DNA of 64,000 nt. It comes from Gemmatimonas sp. (GTDB lineage Bacteria > Gemmatimonadota > Gemmatimonadetes > Gemmatimonadales > Gemmatimonadaceae). Each line of letters opens with the position of its first letter. The stretch's first letter is position 1. This document shows, in pieces, positions 30,101 to 37,700 of the stretch. The stretch spans positions 32,001 through 96,000 of the forward strand of contig JANNVQ010000005.1 of the NCBI GenBank assembly GCA_031414535.1, in the 5' to 3' direction. Made by a program: the position numbers and the translations under genes. The notes under the pieces were generated by a model. That model was not told where the DNA came from. It saw only the letters and a list, made by a program, of their open reading frames with translations, and ran no database searches.

Positions 30101-31551
30101 ACGCGGGCATCCTCGACGTGAATGGGCAGACGCTGAGTTCCCAGGGCGGCCTCCGCGTCACCGGATCTGGTATCCTCGAGATGAACCAGGCGACGGACTC
30201 CGTGTTCGTCAGCTGGAACGTGCTCTTCGACGGTGCGGACTCCGAGGGATACCTCACCAACGGCACGCTCGTCTCGGCGCAGTGCTGCTTCACCCAGTCC
30301 AACACCACCAGCGACAAGTCGTTCGTCGCGACCGACAACCACCGCGTCGTCTTTTCAGGCGGTGACAACGGTAGCCAAGTGGACTTGCAGACGTCGAGCC
30401 CGACCACTTCACGCTTCAATCACCTGCGCTTCGAGAAGACCGGCGGCCAGTGGGTGTACTTCTACGACGATACCGTCTACACGCGCACGCTGGACGCCGA
30501 TCGCGGCAACATGACGATCGATATTGGCTCGTTGATCGTGCTCGAGACGGCCACGTTCTCCGACAGCATCTACGTTTACATGGCGACCGACGGCATCCTC
30601 GACATCCAAGGAGCCGCACTCGGCGCCTGCGCGACAGGGTCAGTCTTTGTAGAGGGCTACACCGGAAACTTCCGCCCTACGTCCTGCCACACCGCTCCGC
30701 TGGTCTGGTCGTCCTACAACACGAACGCAACCACGTACCAGTGGAACGACATCGCTGCGAGCTCTGCGACCCAATTGGCCGCCGTCGGACAGGGGGGAGC
30801 CTTTGCCTTCGCATCCTTTGGCGGGGGCGATACTTGGGACTTCGCTATCCCTTCCGGGACCACCGAGAACCTCAACGCCGTCTCTGGCGTCGCGGGAAGT
30901 TTCTGGGCCGTCGGCGACAGCGGGACGATCGTGAGCAAGCTATCTGGCCAAGGCTTCACCACCGTGACCACGGTGGGCACGGCGCATCTTCGCGGCGTAC
31001 TCGCCTTCAGTTCCGACAGCATTTATGCGGTGGGAGACGGTGGAACGATTCTCTTCTTCAACGGCAGCTCGTGGACAAGCCAATCGTCCCCCACGGGCGC
31101 GAATCTCTACGACATCGCTCTCACGCAGCGGGATGGCCTTGTGGCGGTGGGCAGCGGGGGCGACTGGGTCACGTCGACGGGGGATGGCACCTGGAACAGC
31201 GTCTTTAACTCCAATACGACGACGCTGCGGACCATCGTCGACGTGGACATCGATGGGTACTTCGCCGGCGGAGATGGCGGTGTGATGCGCGAGAAGTGGC
31301 GTTCAACGGTCTATAACTTCCCGTCTCAGCCGAACAACATGTTGGCGGGCGCCGCATTTAACGGCCTGCAGTTCATGGTTGGCGCGAACGGACAGGTGTC
31401 GCAGAAGATGGGTTACACCTGGGTCACCATCACAGGCCCGTCCGGCGAAACGCTTCGAGGCGCGACGGTCCTGAACAACACGCCGTTCAACGCCCATCTC
31501 TTCGTGGTCGGATACAACGGCACAATCTACCGAGCGCAGCTGAACCCCTAG
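12166..31551 (+). CDS. Giant (6461 aa) Ig-like/invasin-type repeat surface lipoprotein with beta-helix-like modules and a C-terminal 7-blade propeller
   Basis: Lipobox LLSC; many RDAFGN/SGxxQ Big-type repeats to ~21830; six W-G..W..NW..G.P-led modules; seven [AV]VGxxG blade motifs at ~30700-31548. Confidence 0.9.
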   Translation: MPRPAQRRLVYLTTAFALSLLSCGREVTGPENGITIGRRIGNIAIAPQMPTLMQVVQGAGDAVPFTRVRVVLRNVDGSIAKDTMVDFPSNADSVALALQLPIPLTSPDSGLALSLTMAYVNASGDTVFRGGPNSIVARPLGTSGANVPVVIPVTYDGAGKDAARVAITPKTGTGVAGTTRAFSGTAFDAQNAPIANTPFVFFSTDTLRAKVNASTGVASWQAVRGLARIVAALPNGNRADTATFLISLPASKLVLGAGAAQTGAVNAPLADSIVLRTLASDDVPVGGVIVNFVVATGGGSLLALTDTSDINGNVSTKWTLGAALGAQTITATATGLTGSPLTGSPFTISATGVAGTASRLDITAQPSSATAGVPFAPAIVVQARDAFGNLATNFTGNVSIAMTGAQAPPLGGTAIRAAVGGIATFSDLSINVVGSYTLAVTSGALTPDTTTSIGIRPAAAAVLEFVSEPAGAVAGAAFVPPVTVRARDAFGNVDTAFTGTVALSLLNGGSAVLSGSTSQAAVSGLATFSSLSVNLVGATYSLRANSGALTPDTSSVFGITPSAPTQISLIGGGAQTGAVSAALAQPIVVEVRDAQGNLVPGATVNFSIVTGGGTALPPNAATNASGQASTVWTMGSALGAQEARASLAVAPTVFVAVPATATPGVPAQVVITQAPSAAVAGTAFAPVVTAEVRDASGNVVTSFAGNVSLTFGSAPPTAALFGTTTVAAVNGVATFNGLSAQRAGAGYTLVASAAGFNSLPSAVFAVAPSTPAQFGILDGNNQTGVAGGVFPSPLRVYVRDQFGNPIAGAVTSWNAQGVVTLAQTSVLSDVNGVAANTATMGSIPGAQARGPTVTTAGVDTTVIFAHTVTAGAAAQVVVTQAPSAGVAGVALPVLVAEVRDALGNVVPTYTGLVEAALSTNPSSTTLAGTLSVNAVAGVATFNNLIINGAAVGYRLRARLSVEGYESAESAAFNVAAAAPASIAFVSGQTQSGAAGALMPDSIIVVVRDAFNNPVAGQSVTFAALAGASSVSQTSVLTNAAGRAAVRANFGNTVGGPLPGVRATTPGVGTVLETTVSIAAGAASQLAVTTTPFASVIAGTPFSISALVRDALGNTAVAFTDSISIAILSGPGGATLSGITRLPAVTGAREFAALSLDRAGTYQLVVSATGLASANTFSFNVTPAAAATLTLAGGNAQTGAVNTTLANSLDVQARDAFNNAIVGALVTWTVSSGAANMTVTTSLTDANGVASSGVVLGTTTGAVTVAATLAPLPAVNFTATATAGAPVSLAEVVAPTSGIVGTALPSFSYVVRDQFGNTATSHNNVTAFATLQNAAAGQGTPEVISGASVLVANGVATWNGYIARTAGQYRIVADFGGTLGTITSGIITIAPGAAAVLESVSGDAQSGVVVTNLANPLRVRVTDTYGNGVSGVTVNFSSLGGFASFSNPVPVTDGAGVAEGVVTLGDSATVVTLVATVAGLTPDSLLFTATALPGAANGFFLVSGDAQTAQAGVAAPDSVIVRVHDAYGNNAPGVTVTFSTADDLTFSNAVVVSDAAGLAATRVIAGASLSLRNFTAGAAGASPIALTVTVVPGDATTIDIVSAAVASTIAGLTLDPVTVNLRDALGNVATAYTDSVVVSIQTGPVGATLGGTLRRAAPGGVASFTNLSLDLAGAYSLRVERAGLTSDTTPTFNISAAAPASVTLISGNTQSGAVSSTLPLPLVVEVRDVFNNVVPGAGVLWSVTTSAATPGSSAVITDANGRASTTLQLSTVPGPAVVNATVLALTPVVFNATAVAGTAVTPVETVAPAGATAGAALGSFSYSVEDQFGNLATSYSGTATVSLQQADAGQPVPVIVSGDTAAVVNGVATWNALLVTSAGQYRIVADFGGTLGTVTSGIITIAPAAASVLTAESGGGQSGVVLTDLPQPFVARVTDVYGNGVPDVLVNWSAPAGFFTYPAVVTGSDGRSVNGGRLTDSATTVTIGAFVPGLTPATVQFTATGLPAAAASFVVVSGDAQTAPAGGVAVLPVVVRVIDAYGNNRPGVAVTFSSSGDLSFSTPNVVSDTNGLASTNVIAGGTLGLQTFYAQTAGVTDRALTVTIVPGAPAAIVIVAAPSNTVAGVALGTLNAEVRDALGNLVTAFTDSLDVVIESGPGGATLSGDLRVAAVGGVATFTTLSLESIGDYSLRVERAGLSSDTTATLTVTAAAADSMSYVSGTAQSMLPEAEAADSLVVRVLDAFGNPVAGESVTWAVSLGTASLSGVVVPTDVDGYSRVSLTATQTAGAGEVTAAVAGLTGSPVSFSFTTTAASAARLAFTVNPSTDSAGGSQAFQLRALDTFGNLATSFVGTVTVSVDSGPASPALTGTLVDGAVGGVADFTDFGSLTAGVYRLRASAAGVADTVSANFSILPASPSAIAVDAGDAQSAAVGSALATPLRVRLADMYDNPIAAATIDWSVLSGDVTLGGLTSVTDAAGLATNTVLLGGTPGSFSIRAVSAAANDTAVFMGTSTAGAASTLVLTAEPVLMTAGDASATFTIEAQDALGNLATSFVGPVTVDILSGPTGSFAAGTLNPSATLGAVSFTDLVLNTSGNYVLRFSTAFDTVTTDPLTVVGAAAEALSVSIEPSGAVAGVTLAAVQVVARDAFGNDATSAGNEVTVSVLTGPAGNPLTGTLQRSLSTGVVEFTDLGLTTAGEYTLLFSSAGLASDTSAAFTITAAAASELAEVSGSNQTVAVNATTPDSLVVRVQDEYGNGVAGQTVNWGVTGEASLSAATSVTDANGEAFVFASMGNSTGADIIEASVFGLTNSPVSFSVTVVAGAPVRLIIQGTLSSATAGVIGPVTVNAVDSEGNIALPFTGEVRARIVTGPVGAPIFGDSVLNATAGTVTFSALQALIAGPYTLEFVSAGLFPDTSNAFNITPDIATNLNLISGNTQTDTVYSTSDTLIVRVTDQYGNGIDGAAVSWNLAIGGGVLTLQQTEADVDGYARALVTHGGTPDVITVEASSGTLIGSPVSFTLTATPAPATSLRVVSSPATVVSGATGEVIAVEAVDAYLNRDTTFVGLVTLSASDTPPGSTLGGTLTATAVNGLATFNAFSLDLIGDYTLDVQSATVTATFVNITVLAGAPANLSVISGDTQTGFTTLALVDPLLVSVTDAAGNAVAGDTVVFTVLTGGGSVSTDSAITNGDGQASTNWTLGSLVGVQSVQASAVGTTPVTFAATAGLPSFEWTGNATDGVWSNPGNWIDGVVPGATSVVLIPETIDHPTSIAAGQYAELTVIETSAISLDGVVTVTGSVTAPLGLEQGLTCGTGDSLIVSPAGAANLGGGLACPIVITSGTVTLSELSEFNSLTISGGDFSVGENEVTIGGSLVTSGTGTVHMTDALGLLRVDGSATWGGGNLTGMLTAGRFEARSGFSVTADNGFAASGSHRTVLGGNFLLDFYTFALPASLGHRFGILELAPQSLQHAVGTANRIDADSLLMPSGGTLVMTTASDTVRVSGSVRTSNSASIDASLLEVGGSYSYPGIAVIDTVVFTGIGQRLPFSSETGVVHSFQDVFIEGTVQTLATAGDSLVVPNVLNVRGTGSLRFGQDGGVQTRARIGVLRTVQDGVVGMQNAGDSVYVSMEANFAGGSTAGLLTNGTLIVGGTLSQLAIASTESFSASADHLTIVRPASFAELYFMNPGTGAGTSGIASLRIEEDNLAIDTVFFRSDVHVRGMLLDAPTDTMVLASNNATQRTLESWGADVGGLRFSRVNWRITGQAAFTGADDLLFTDQDSTVTQFELRGADATVSMSNVTFFVPPSTGRYLRLEDTNGGAPFTLNTSNWSPGFHNSAISLVGGALLTGWAEFPAFTWVGGTSTDFGTASNWLANRIPGAGDSIVVTPGASNTLTITGERSLGSLYLASGAALIVQDTLIVAGSFNTEAGSLSCVFGGNAIRIQNASGTPRDLSLAGTDCNVFIEEGTYDLQGASASARNLTVNGTGYLNLNNRRLETADNFGTLNTGRIEMNEAGDSLIVGGQAFFQGGSTTGLITDGFIYVRNTFAQGGLTASAFRASGTNRAVIGDTLTAFADSVDFSFSRPDSSWFNNVRVFNGPWTIDNAVRARVLTTVGGATLTGGGIQTDSILTFSSGSTVALRRITTLGSFFPSNSFAVDTMNFMGSLIGPEQVIPALASGSTYRTVNVYNNARIQSAAPQVFRVAQRLEVFNGQLNVQPQTEGGGPVSIAADTADLIIGGSGRLAMRTTGTVSVDSAHFGGLSTSGYMTDGRLQIRGALVQRSDVSGESFRPDSAHITVFRDSVLVDIQDTVNSKPAYVEFGDSLVMTLKSNLEIYGTLTRQAGISDSVVIKSDVLTGAPRRLLVTGATMLDQSGTERTVFRNVALAIIQNSAVTPTSAELNNVTFTNMDPEATQLDLTQYLGYTSSFSRIDFATPVTTGKYFDLAGTSTVSFSTTTPSVGCINAPEGCFGPRSEPSAGVENVFIGDNGDDWGNFAFWSLGRVPTSYDNVTLVGGSIPFLPNSGITRYVNNLTIDPSVSFFMDAAELVLRGNLSVGAGAGIFGVSGSIVRMQPNPGRPVTLGGGGNIDDVALFISAPESGTDSTVTLVGGGLDVSGTVTVEGGRFDIGGQTLQVGSLATTGTGRFSMLTATDSVYVIGNASFAGASTDGLLTNGKLVVGGDISQTTSATAFAASSSHQTYLLSGGTALNFANPGTSASHFGNLIMLSADSLGLLSDVFVNGVVDATTGNLPVAAGATNRLLQASGISTSGAFLFSNVRLRLVDGAAFSFLNAMYFYTMDPTVDYLTIDRSGGAVSLPQMSFSTIPTTGKYVVVIDTVSNADDLVVTINDVLSGGHGGYIDSVGVARIVGWDQLASYTFTGSASNDLGDPANWDAGILPSATSNVTIANVFPADPVTLGGLSYRSLTIASGAQVTINAPITATRSVALTAVPACTSNGRLNLQGDGGTRTLAGSAPTCAVQMTNGAFVLADSAEFRSLTIGNDAQLLLFNDTLVVTDSLAIVGSGRMQMDDSPTEVTVQGIARFTGTGFSNLNGGTLNVWSALEVGAQLAAPTTRLVLGNPNVATTVTARTSVTLDQGFDSVFVLNGTLNILDSLLARRYLGTLGSNITVTGGTLRVGSYDDFIDGTLDLGATGDLTVNHLALFGTIGSVDGFSVDTTSFLGQQSGPQEIPAANAASTALNYGRVRVYADAIMNQVPTGIPFAYTISDALEVLVGQLTIGDSVTLDTVYVNMPSADLVVYGAGARVLMTHPSRVVADSVHIQGSGESQFLDGRVVTRSFAQLTYDNPLALMLTSSGPHTVDFLPNGTVYFQQTDQAKLANVRFTGGGVTTFPTSMYATSIGRVNQTDGIVTLSGGRIFANGTNFDITNSGLVMDNTGLSLQSGPSGPVGGSFTLNNVTFRNWNPSRVDDALWVYFEAPYAATFTNITFDYPQPASGYYFRNFVTSQGTVTFVNASPSLDCLAGTCNPSDIAPSGAPAGLTTWDGSESNIWTDAGNWSNGVPNAGTNAVIPTGVSPVPTLFSSAQVRSLSVETGATLQVDAGDTLHVFGDLDVDGTVSGAAYSSVLRMRTGSAGATLAATGSIRLPLFISAATGSDTGTVSLLDVVNVDTLPTFGAFNGGVRVLGGTLHMNGQDLVTNGSFRTLGTGRLRMDMATDSLHVGSWVIFDGASTDGMITDGVIVALDDFLQDATNSPYSFVATGNNRVVLYGSKDGDVEFQSGGPSGSRFAHLVFDKLSGPGLFFFNNSGNATPTYASTFHYESGDVWLDQGSLIVSSTVTSANPSNTWTLADETSLVDLQGVNQTTCDGLSFTVENLPQLFQPNSCYSLPASSTWNGLSSTNWDDAGNWSDGVPSAVTGAVIPAAPANQPTVRFSTLVGPLTVEAGATLTLNSFRTLDIFGSLDVAGTVNAGNTDSKLRIRSSSAETRTLAAPGSIATRLEIDVGLSGDEGTVQLAGPVNLTATNFQSGLYLNAGILDVNGQTLSSQGGLRVTGSGILEMNQATDSVFVSWNVLFDGADSEGYLTNGTLVSAQCCFTQSNTTSDKSFVATDNHRVVFSGGDNGSQVDLQTSSPTTSRFNHLRFEKTGGQWVYFYDDTVYTRTLDADRGNMTIDIGSLIVLETATFSDSIYVYMATDGILDIQGAALGACATGSVFVEGYTGNFRPTSCHTAPLVWSSYNTNATTYQWNDIAASSATQLAAVGQGGAFAFASFGGGDTWDFAIPSGTTENLNAVSGVAGSFWAVGDSGTIVSKLSGQGFTTVTTVGTAHLRGVLAFSSDSIYAVGDGGTILFFNGSSWTSQSSPTGANLYDIALTQRDGLVAVGSGGDWVTSTGDGTWNSVFNSNTTTLRTIVDVDIDGYFAGGDGGVMREKWRSTVYNFPSQPNNMLAGAAFNGLQFMVGANGQVSQKMGYTWVTITGPSGETLRGATVLNNTPFNAHLFVVGYNGTIYRAQLNP

Positions 31552-31555
31552 TTGG

Positions 31556-31640
31556 CTAGAACAACCCCAACTGCACCCCCAACTGGGCCGCGTCCTTTCG
31601 GACGCGGCCCAGTTGTCTTTCTAGGCAACTAATACCCGCC
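31556..31640 (-). pseudogene. Remnant of the 3' end of the DUF72 gene
   Basis: DNA closely matches 40471-40555 and translates to QLGRVRKDAAQLGVQLGLF*, versus QLGQVPKDPAQLGVQLGLF* in the intact gene. Confidence 0.85.
31580..31622 (+). terminator. Terminator-like hairpin after the 6461-aa gene
   Basis: Perfect 16-bp stem caactgggccgcgtcc-tttc-ggacgcggcccagttg followed by tctttct. Confidence 0.75.
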
Positions 31641-31646
31641 AATCCA

Positions 31647-31664
31647 AAATGACCTAGGTCATTT
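31647..31664. promoter_or_regulatory. Perfect 18-bp palindrome (TGAC-N4-GTCA core) upstream of the 2904-aa gene
   Basis: aaatgacctaggtcattt; same core as 12065-12076 at a similar distance from the start codon. Confidence 0.55.
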
Positions 31665-31745
31665 CCCCAACCCACTACCTGTCGGCCCCACGTCCCGACT
31701 CGTATTTTCTCCGGGCACACCTCTATATAGATAGGACTGGCCCAC

Positions 31746-34700
31746 GTGCTCCGACCGGCCCAGCGCCGCCTGGTCTTCTTGACCGCGGCCTTCGCGCTTT
31801 CCCTCCTCTCCTGCGGCCGCGAAGTCACCGGCCCGGATAACGGAATCCTCACCGGCCGACGCATCGCGGGCATCGCGATCGCGCCCGTCATGCCAGCCCT
31901 CATGCAACTCGTGGATGGCGCCGGTGAGGCCGTGCCCTTCACGAAAGTGCGCGTCGTGCTCCGCAACGAGGATGGCAGCGTCGCCAAGGACACGCTCGTA
32001 GACTTCCCGTCTACTGCCGACTCCGTCGCTCTTTCGCTACAACTGCCCATCCCCAACTCAGCGCCGGTTGATGGACTGCCGCTCTCGCTTACTCTTGCCT
32101 ACGTGAATGCGGCGGGCGACACAGTCTTCCGCGGCGGACCAACGGCCATTGTCGCACGGCCCCTTGGCTCCAGCGGAGCAAACGATCCCATTGTCATCCC
32201 CGTCACCTATGACGGCGTAGGCAAAGATGCTGCTCGCGTCGCCATCGCACCAAAGACATCCACAGGAGTAGCAGGCAATACGAGGGCGTTCACCGCCGCG
32301 GCCTTCAACGCGCAGAACCAAGCCATTGCGAACACACCCTTTGTGTTCTTCTCGCTTGATACCGCTCGCGCACAGATTAATCCCGTATCCGGTGTGGCCT
32401 CGCTACGCGCCGTACGCGGTAACGCACGCATCGTGGCGTCCCTGCCTAATGGCCTGCGCGCCGACACCGCCACCATCGCTGTATCGCTACCCGCTTCACT
32501 GCTCCTGCTCACTTCAGGGAATGCACAAACCGGATCGGTCAACGCGCTACTGGCCGACTCTATTGTCCTGCGCACGCTAGCCATCGACAGCATTCCCGTC
32601 GCAGGCGTGATTGTCAGCTTCGCTGTAGCTACCGGCAACGGTAGCCTCGCAACACTCTCTGACACCTCCGATGCCAACGGCGCCGTCTCAACACGCTGGA
32701 CTCTAGGCGGGGCACTCGGCGCGCAGACCATCACCGCCACCGCAACGGGACTCACGGGCTCACCGCTCACCATCACCGCAACAGGCATCGCCGGTACGCC
32801 AACTCGTCTGGATATCGTCACCCAGCCGAGCACGGTGACGGCGGGCACAGCGATGGCTCCGGCCGTCGTGGTGCAGGCCCGCGATGCCTTCGGTAATGCT
32901 GCACCCGCATTCACTGGTGCCGTCACTATCGCCGTCGCTGGTGCACTGGCCCCAGCGCTCGGCGGCACCGCCACGCGCACGGCGGTGAATGGAGTCGCGA
33001 CCTTCAACGATCTCTCCATCACTGCTGCAGGGAGCTACACGCTTGTGGTCAGCAGCGGCACACTCATCTCCGATACCACAACAAGCATCAGGATCACGCC
33101 AGCGGCGGCGGCGGTACTCGACTTCGTGTCGCAGCCATCAGACGCAGTGGCAGGCGAAGCCTTGGTGCCGCCGGTGACGGTGCGCGCGCGTGATGCCTTT
33201 GGCAATGTGGATACCGCGTTCACAGGCACCGTAGCACTCAGCCTCTTGAACGGCGGCAGCGCAGTGCTCAGCGGCAGCACTTCGCAAGCGGCCGTGAATG
33301 GGCTCGCCACGTTCAGCTCGCTCTCGGTGAACCTCGTGGGTGCGACGTACAGCCTGCGGGCTAGCTCCGGCGCGCTCACACCTGACACGAGCAGTGTGTT
33401 CGGCATCACGCCGTCGGCGCCGACGCAGATCGCGCTCATCTCTGGTGGCGCGCAGGCTGGTGTGGTGGGCGCGGCACTCGCGCAGCCCATCGTCGTGGAC
33501 GTGCGCGATGCGCAGGGCAACGTCGTGCCGGGTGTGACCGTGAACTTCAGCATCGTCACGGGCGGGGGCACGACGCTCCCGACAAATGCCGCAACGAATG
33601 CCAGCGGCCAGGCTTCCACGGCGTGGACACTCGGTAGCGCAGTCGGTGCCCAAGAACTGCGGGCTTCGCTCGCCGTAGCGCCTACGGTGTTTGTCGCCGT
33701 GCCAGCCACGGCCACACCGGGCGCACCCGCGCAGGTAGTGGTCACGCAGGCACCGACCGCGGCGATCGCCGGCACGGCGTTCTCTCCGGCGGTGATTGCT
33801 CAACTACGCGATGCCAACGGGAACGTGGTAACCAGCTTTAACGGTGATGCCACACTCTCGCTGGGCACTGGGCCAGTTGGCGCCGCTCTGTTCGGCACCA
33901 CGACGGTAACGGCGGTGAATGGCGTTGCCACCTTCAGCACAGTCAACGCGCAGACCGCAGGTGCGGGCTACACGCTGGTGGCATCAGCAAGCGGATTTAG
34001 TTCAGCAGCGTCCGCGGCGTTCTCGGTAGCGCCGAATGTGCCCGCGCAGTTCGGCATTCTCGATGGCAACAATCAGACCAGCGTCGCAGGCTCGGCGTTC
34101 CCGAGCGCACTGCGCGTCTATGTGCGCGACCAATACGGCAATCCAATTGCTGGCGCGGTGACCACCTGGAGCGCTGAGGCTGTCGTCACCTTGGCGCAAA
34201 CCTCCGTGCTCACTGACGCCAATGGCATTGCGACCAACACCGCGACCATGGGACTCACGCTCGGCGCGCAGTCCACTGGGCCACGGGTCACCACAGCCGG
34301 GCTCGGCACCGAGCTCATCTTCGTGCATACCGTCACCGCTGGCGCCGCATCGTCACTCGTGATTGCCAGCGGGCCGATTGGACCGCTGATGGCAGGCAGC
34401 ACCTCCGCCCCCGTGAGAGTTGAAGCGCGTGACGCCCTCGGTAACCTCGCGACAACTTTCGCCGACTCCGTCTCGGTCAGCGTGCAATCGGGCCCGCACG
34501 GCGCGCCCACTGACTCACTCCACGCCGTCGCTGTCGCTGGTGTCGCGACGTTTAGCACAATCGACCTCCCGGTTGCCGGCACTTACGTTCTGCGCTTCGC
34601 CGCAACTGGGCTCGGTAACGTGCTCTCCAACAGCTTCGCCGTGAGCGCCGCCGCGGCCGCGTTTGTCTTCCCGGACTCCGCGGCATCGGGCAATGGTCAG

Positions 34701-37700
34701 ACGGGCACGGTCGCACAACCGCTCTCACAACCGCTGCGCGCCGCGGTGAGAGATGCCTTCGGCAACGGCGTCGCCGGCGTGACCGTGGTCTTCACCGCAA
34801 CGCGAGGCACCGACACGCTCGGCGTCACTCCCGTGCTCACCGATGCAACGGGCATCGCGAGCTTCACGCCGACGCTCCCGAACACAGCCGGACTCGTCAA
34901 TTACTTCGCGACGTCGGTCGGGCTCTCAGGCTCCGGTTTCCAGTACTCCGCGACCGCTCTGGCCGCGGCCGCAGCCCAACTCGTGTCTACGAATCGGCCC
35001 GCCCCCTATGTCTCCCAGCTCGCGGGGGCGCCAATTCTCGTGGAGGCACGCGACGCATTGGGCAACGTCGCTTCCGGATACACCGGCGATGTGTCGCTCT
35101 TGGTGGAGACTGGCCCCGCAGGTGCGGTGCTCGGACTCGCGCGCACGCGGGCGGCAACGGCCGGCGTGGTGAGCTTTGACGACCTCACGCTCAACCTCGT
35201 GGGGACCTACTCGCTGCGGTTCACCGCCGCGGGACTCGGCGACGGTTTGTTGGATACGCTTGTAGTGATTGCAGGGGCGCCAGCGAACCTCGTGATTCTA
35301 TCTGGCAACAGCCAGATCTTGAGCGCGTCCTCGCCGCTCCCGGATTCGCTTGCCGTTCGCGTCACGGATGCGATCGGTAATCCCGTGCAGGGAGTGAACG
35401 TGACGTGGGCGGCACTGCTCGGTGGCGGCAGCGTGTCGCCAGCGACGAGCGTCACCAACGCGAGCGGTGTCGCGAGGGCCGCGTGGTTGCTCGGCAGCGA
35501 GTTTGGGACGCAGACCGTGACCGCGAACGTGGTTGGCCTCACGCAAGTCACATTCTCTGCGAGCGCCATCTCGACCAACGCAAGTTTCGTATGGCTCGGG
35601 AATGTCAGTTCGAGCCTCGCAGACTCGGCGAACTGGGCCCCCTACGGGCGTCCCGTACCGACTGACTCGATCCTCGTGCCCGCTGGGCGTCCGAACTATC
35701 CGGTGCTGCAGACCAACATCATCTCTTCGCGCGTGACGATTGATTCTGGTGCGACGGTGACGGTCGGCAACTTCTACGTTTCCCTTACCAACGGCTTCGA
35801 TTATCCGCTGGTGCCATCCGTCATCGCGGACACCGGCGGCATCGTGCTTAACGGGACGACGGGAACTATCCGCGGACGTCTGCCCAAGCTGTACGTGCTT
35901 AGCGGCGCCTACGTGGTGAACGGCCCGCTCGTGGTCGACAGCTCGACAATTGTTGCGGGCGGCGCGGATCTGGCGTTTGGTAGCTCCCCCGCCAGCATCG
36001 GTCTCGACCTTATCACGACTACGGGCGGCACGATCAGCATGGGGCCCGGCTCGCTGGTGACCGTCGGGCGCAGCGCGGGCTTCGACGGAGGCAGCACCGC
36101 AGGGCGGCTCACGGGTGGGACCCTGCGCGTAGCGGGCAACATCCAGTCTACGGTCACAGGTAGCCCGCAGGCATTCTCCGCAAGCGCCAACCACGTCGTC
36201 GAACTCATCGGCACGAGCGCTCAAGGAATTCAGCTCGCGTTCCCTGACGCCGATTTCACGTCAACCTGTAGCGCGTCCTGCTTCGGTACCTTGCGCTCTG
36301 TGCGCACGCCGAGCGCGGGAATCGTTGGCTTCCTCTCCAACGCGAAGGCACTCAACCGCTTCGAACTGCCCGGTGACAGCATCAACGCGACGGGACGCAC
36401 GCTTGTGAGCGCCGGAACGCCAAACTTCGGCACCTCGCTCGTGGTCGCGGCGAAGGTGGGATGGCAGACCGGCCTGCAGCGCAGCGGCCTCTTCGTCGTG
36501 GACACGCTTGTCGCGTGGGGCGCCGACACCACACTGATTGCTGTGCAGTCGGTCCCGACGCTCGTGCTGGGACAGTACCGTCTCTCCGGCGCACACCTCG
36601 GTCGCATCGTCGTAGGCGGCACCGCCGGTTCGCTCGACGTGGCGGGCACGGCGACTGTGGGCGGAGGCACTGGCATCGCCCTGCGCACGACGGCCAACGG
36701 TCGTGTGATTATGCAGGACCCGACCGACACACTCCGCCTCGCCGGTAGCGCGGAGTTTGGCGGTGTCACAGTGCCGGGCAACATGACCGCCGGCGTGCTC
36801 GAACTCAGCGGCAGCCTCGTGCAGTCCGGCACCGGCACGCGCCTGCTGGCGGAGGGAGGACATCTCACCCGCTTCACCGGCGCGTCGCCGTCAATCACGT
36901 TTGCCGATACCGCGGCTAATCAACTGAATGCGGTGGAGTTCGCAGGTTCCGGCGTCGTCAACTTCGCGTCTGCAGCTCGGGTGGCGGGGAACGTCACCGT
37001 GGGAGGCACGGTCTCTTCGATTGGCAACGCCTCTGCCACGCGCGTCCGATTGGGCGGTGACCTCGTGGACACGCTGGGTGGACGCTGGGCCATCGACACG
37101 ACGCAGTTTGACGGAGTCGACCCCCAGCTTCCCGACTCAATTACGGGATCAGTCATTCTCACGCAAGGCGCAGCGCTCGACAGCCCGCTCTGGGTGACCG
37201 GGAACCTCACGGTCTCGGGTGGCACGCTTGATGTGGCATTCCGCCGGCTCGTGGTAGGCGGGACGTTCCGCACGCAAGCGACCGGCGTGTTGCGCATGGT
37301 GAATGCGGTCGACAGCGTCGTAGTCTTTGGCCCCGCCATCTTTGGCGGCGGCGCCTCTACCGAGCTCAGCGCGGGACACCTCGCGCTGCACGGCGACTTC
37401 GCGCAGGCACTCGGCGATGCCGAGGCGTTTTCGGCCAGCGGCACGCACCAGACCTGGTTTGTTGGATCAGCGGCGCAGACAATCGGATTCTCAAACCCGG
37501 GTGCGGGCGCTGGCACATCGCACTTTGCCAACCTTGGCATCGCACAGCAGAGCGCCGCGCTCTCGGTGCAGCTCAATGCCGACTCTTGGGCGACGGGGCA
37601 GCTGCTCACCAGTACTGCGGTTGGCCGGCGCTTCACCTCTGGATTCAACGGCGCGGTCCTCACCACGGGCGGCGCGAACGTCACTGGTGTGGTGTTCGAC

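Noticed and set aside
31556..32056. 166-aa minus-strand ORF ending like DUF72
   Set aside because: Mostly antisense to the 2904-aa gene and its promoter; only the last ~28 codons are a DUF72 remnant.
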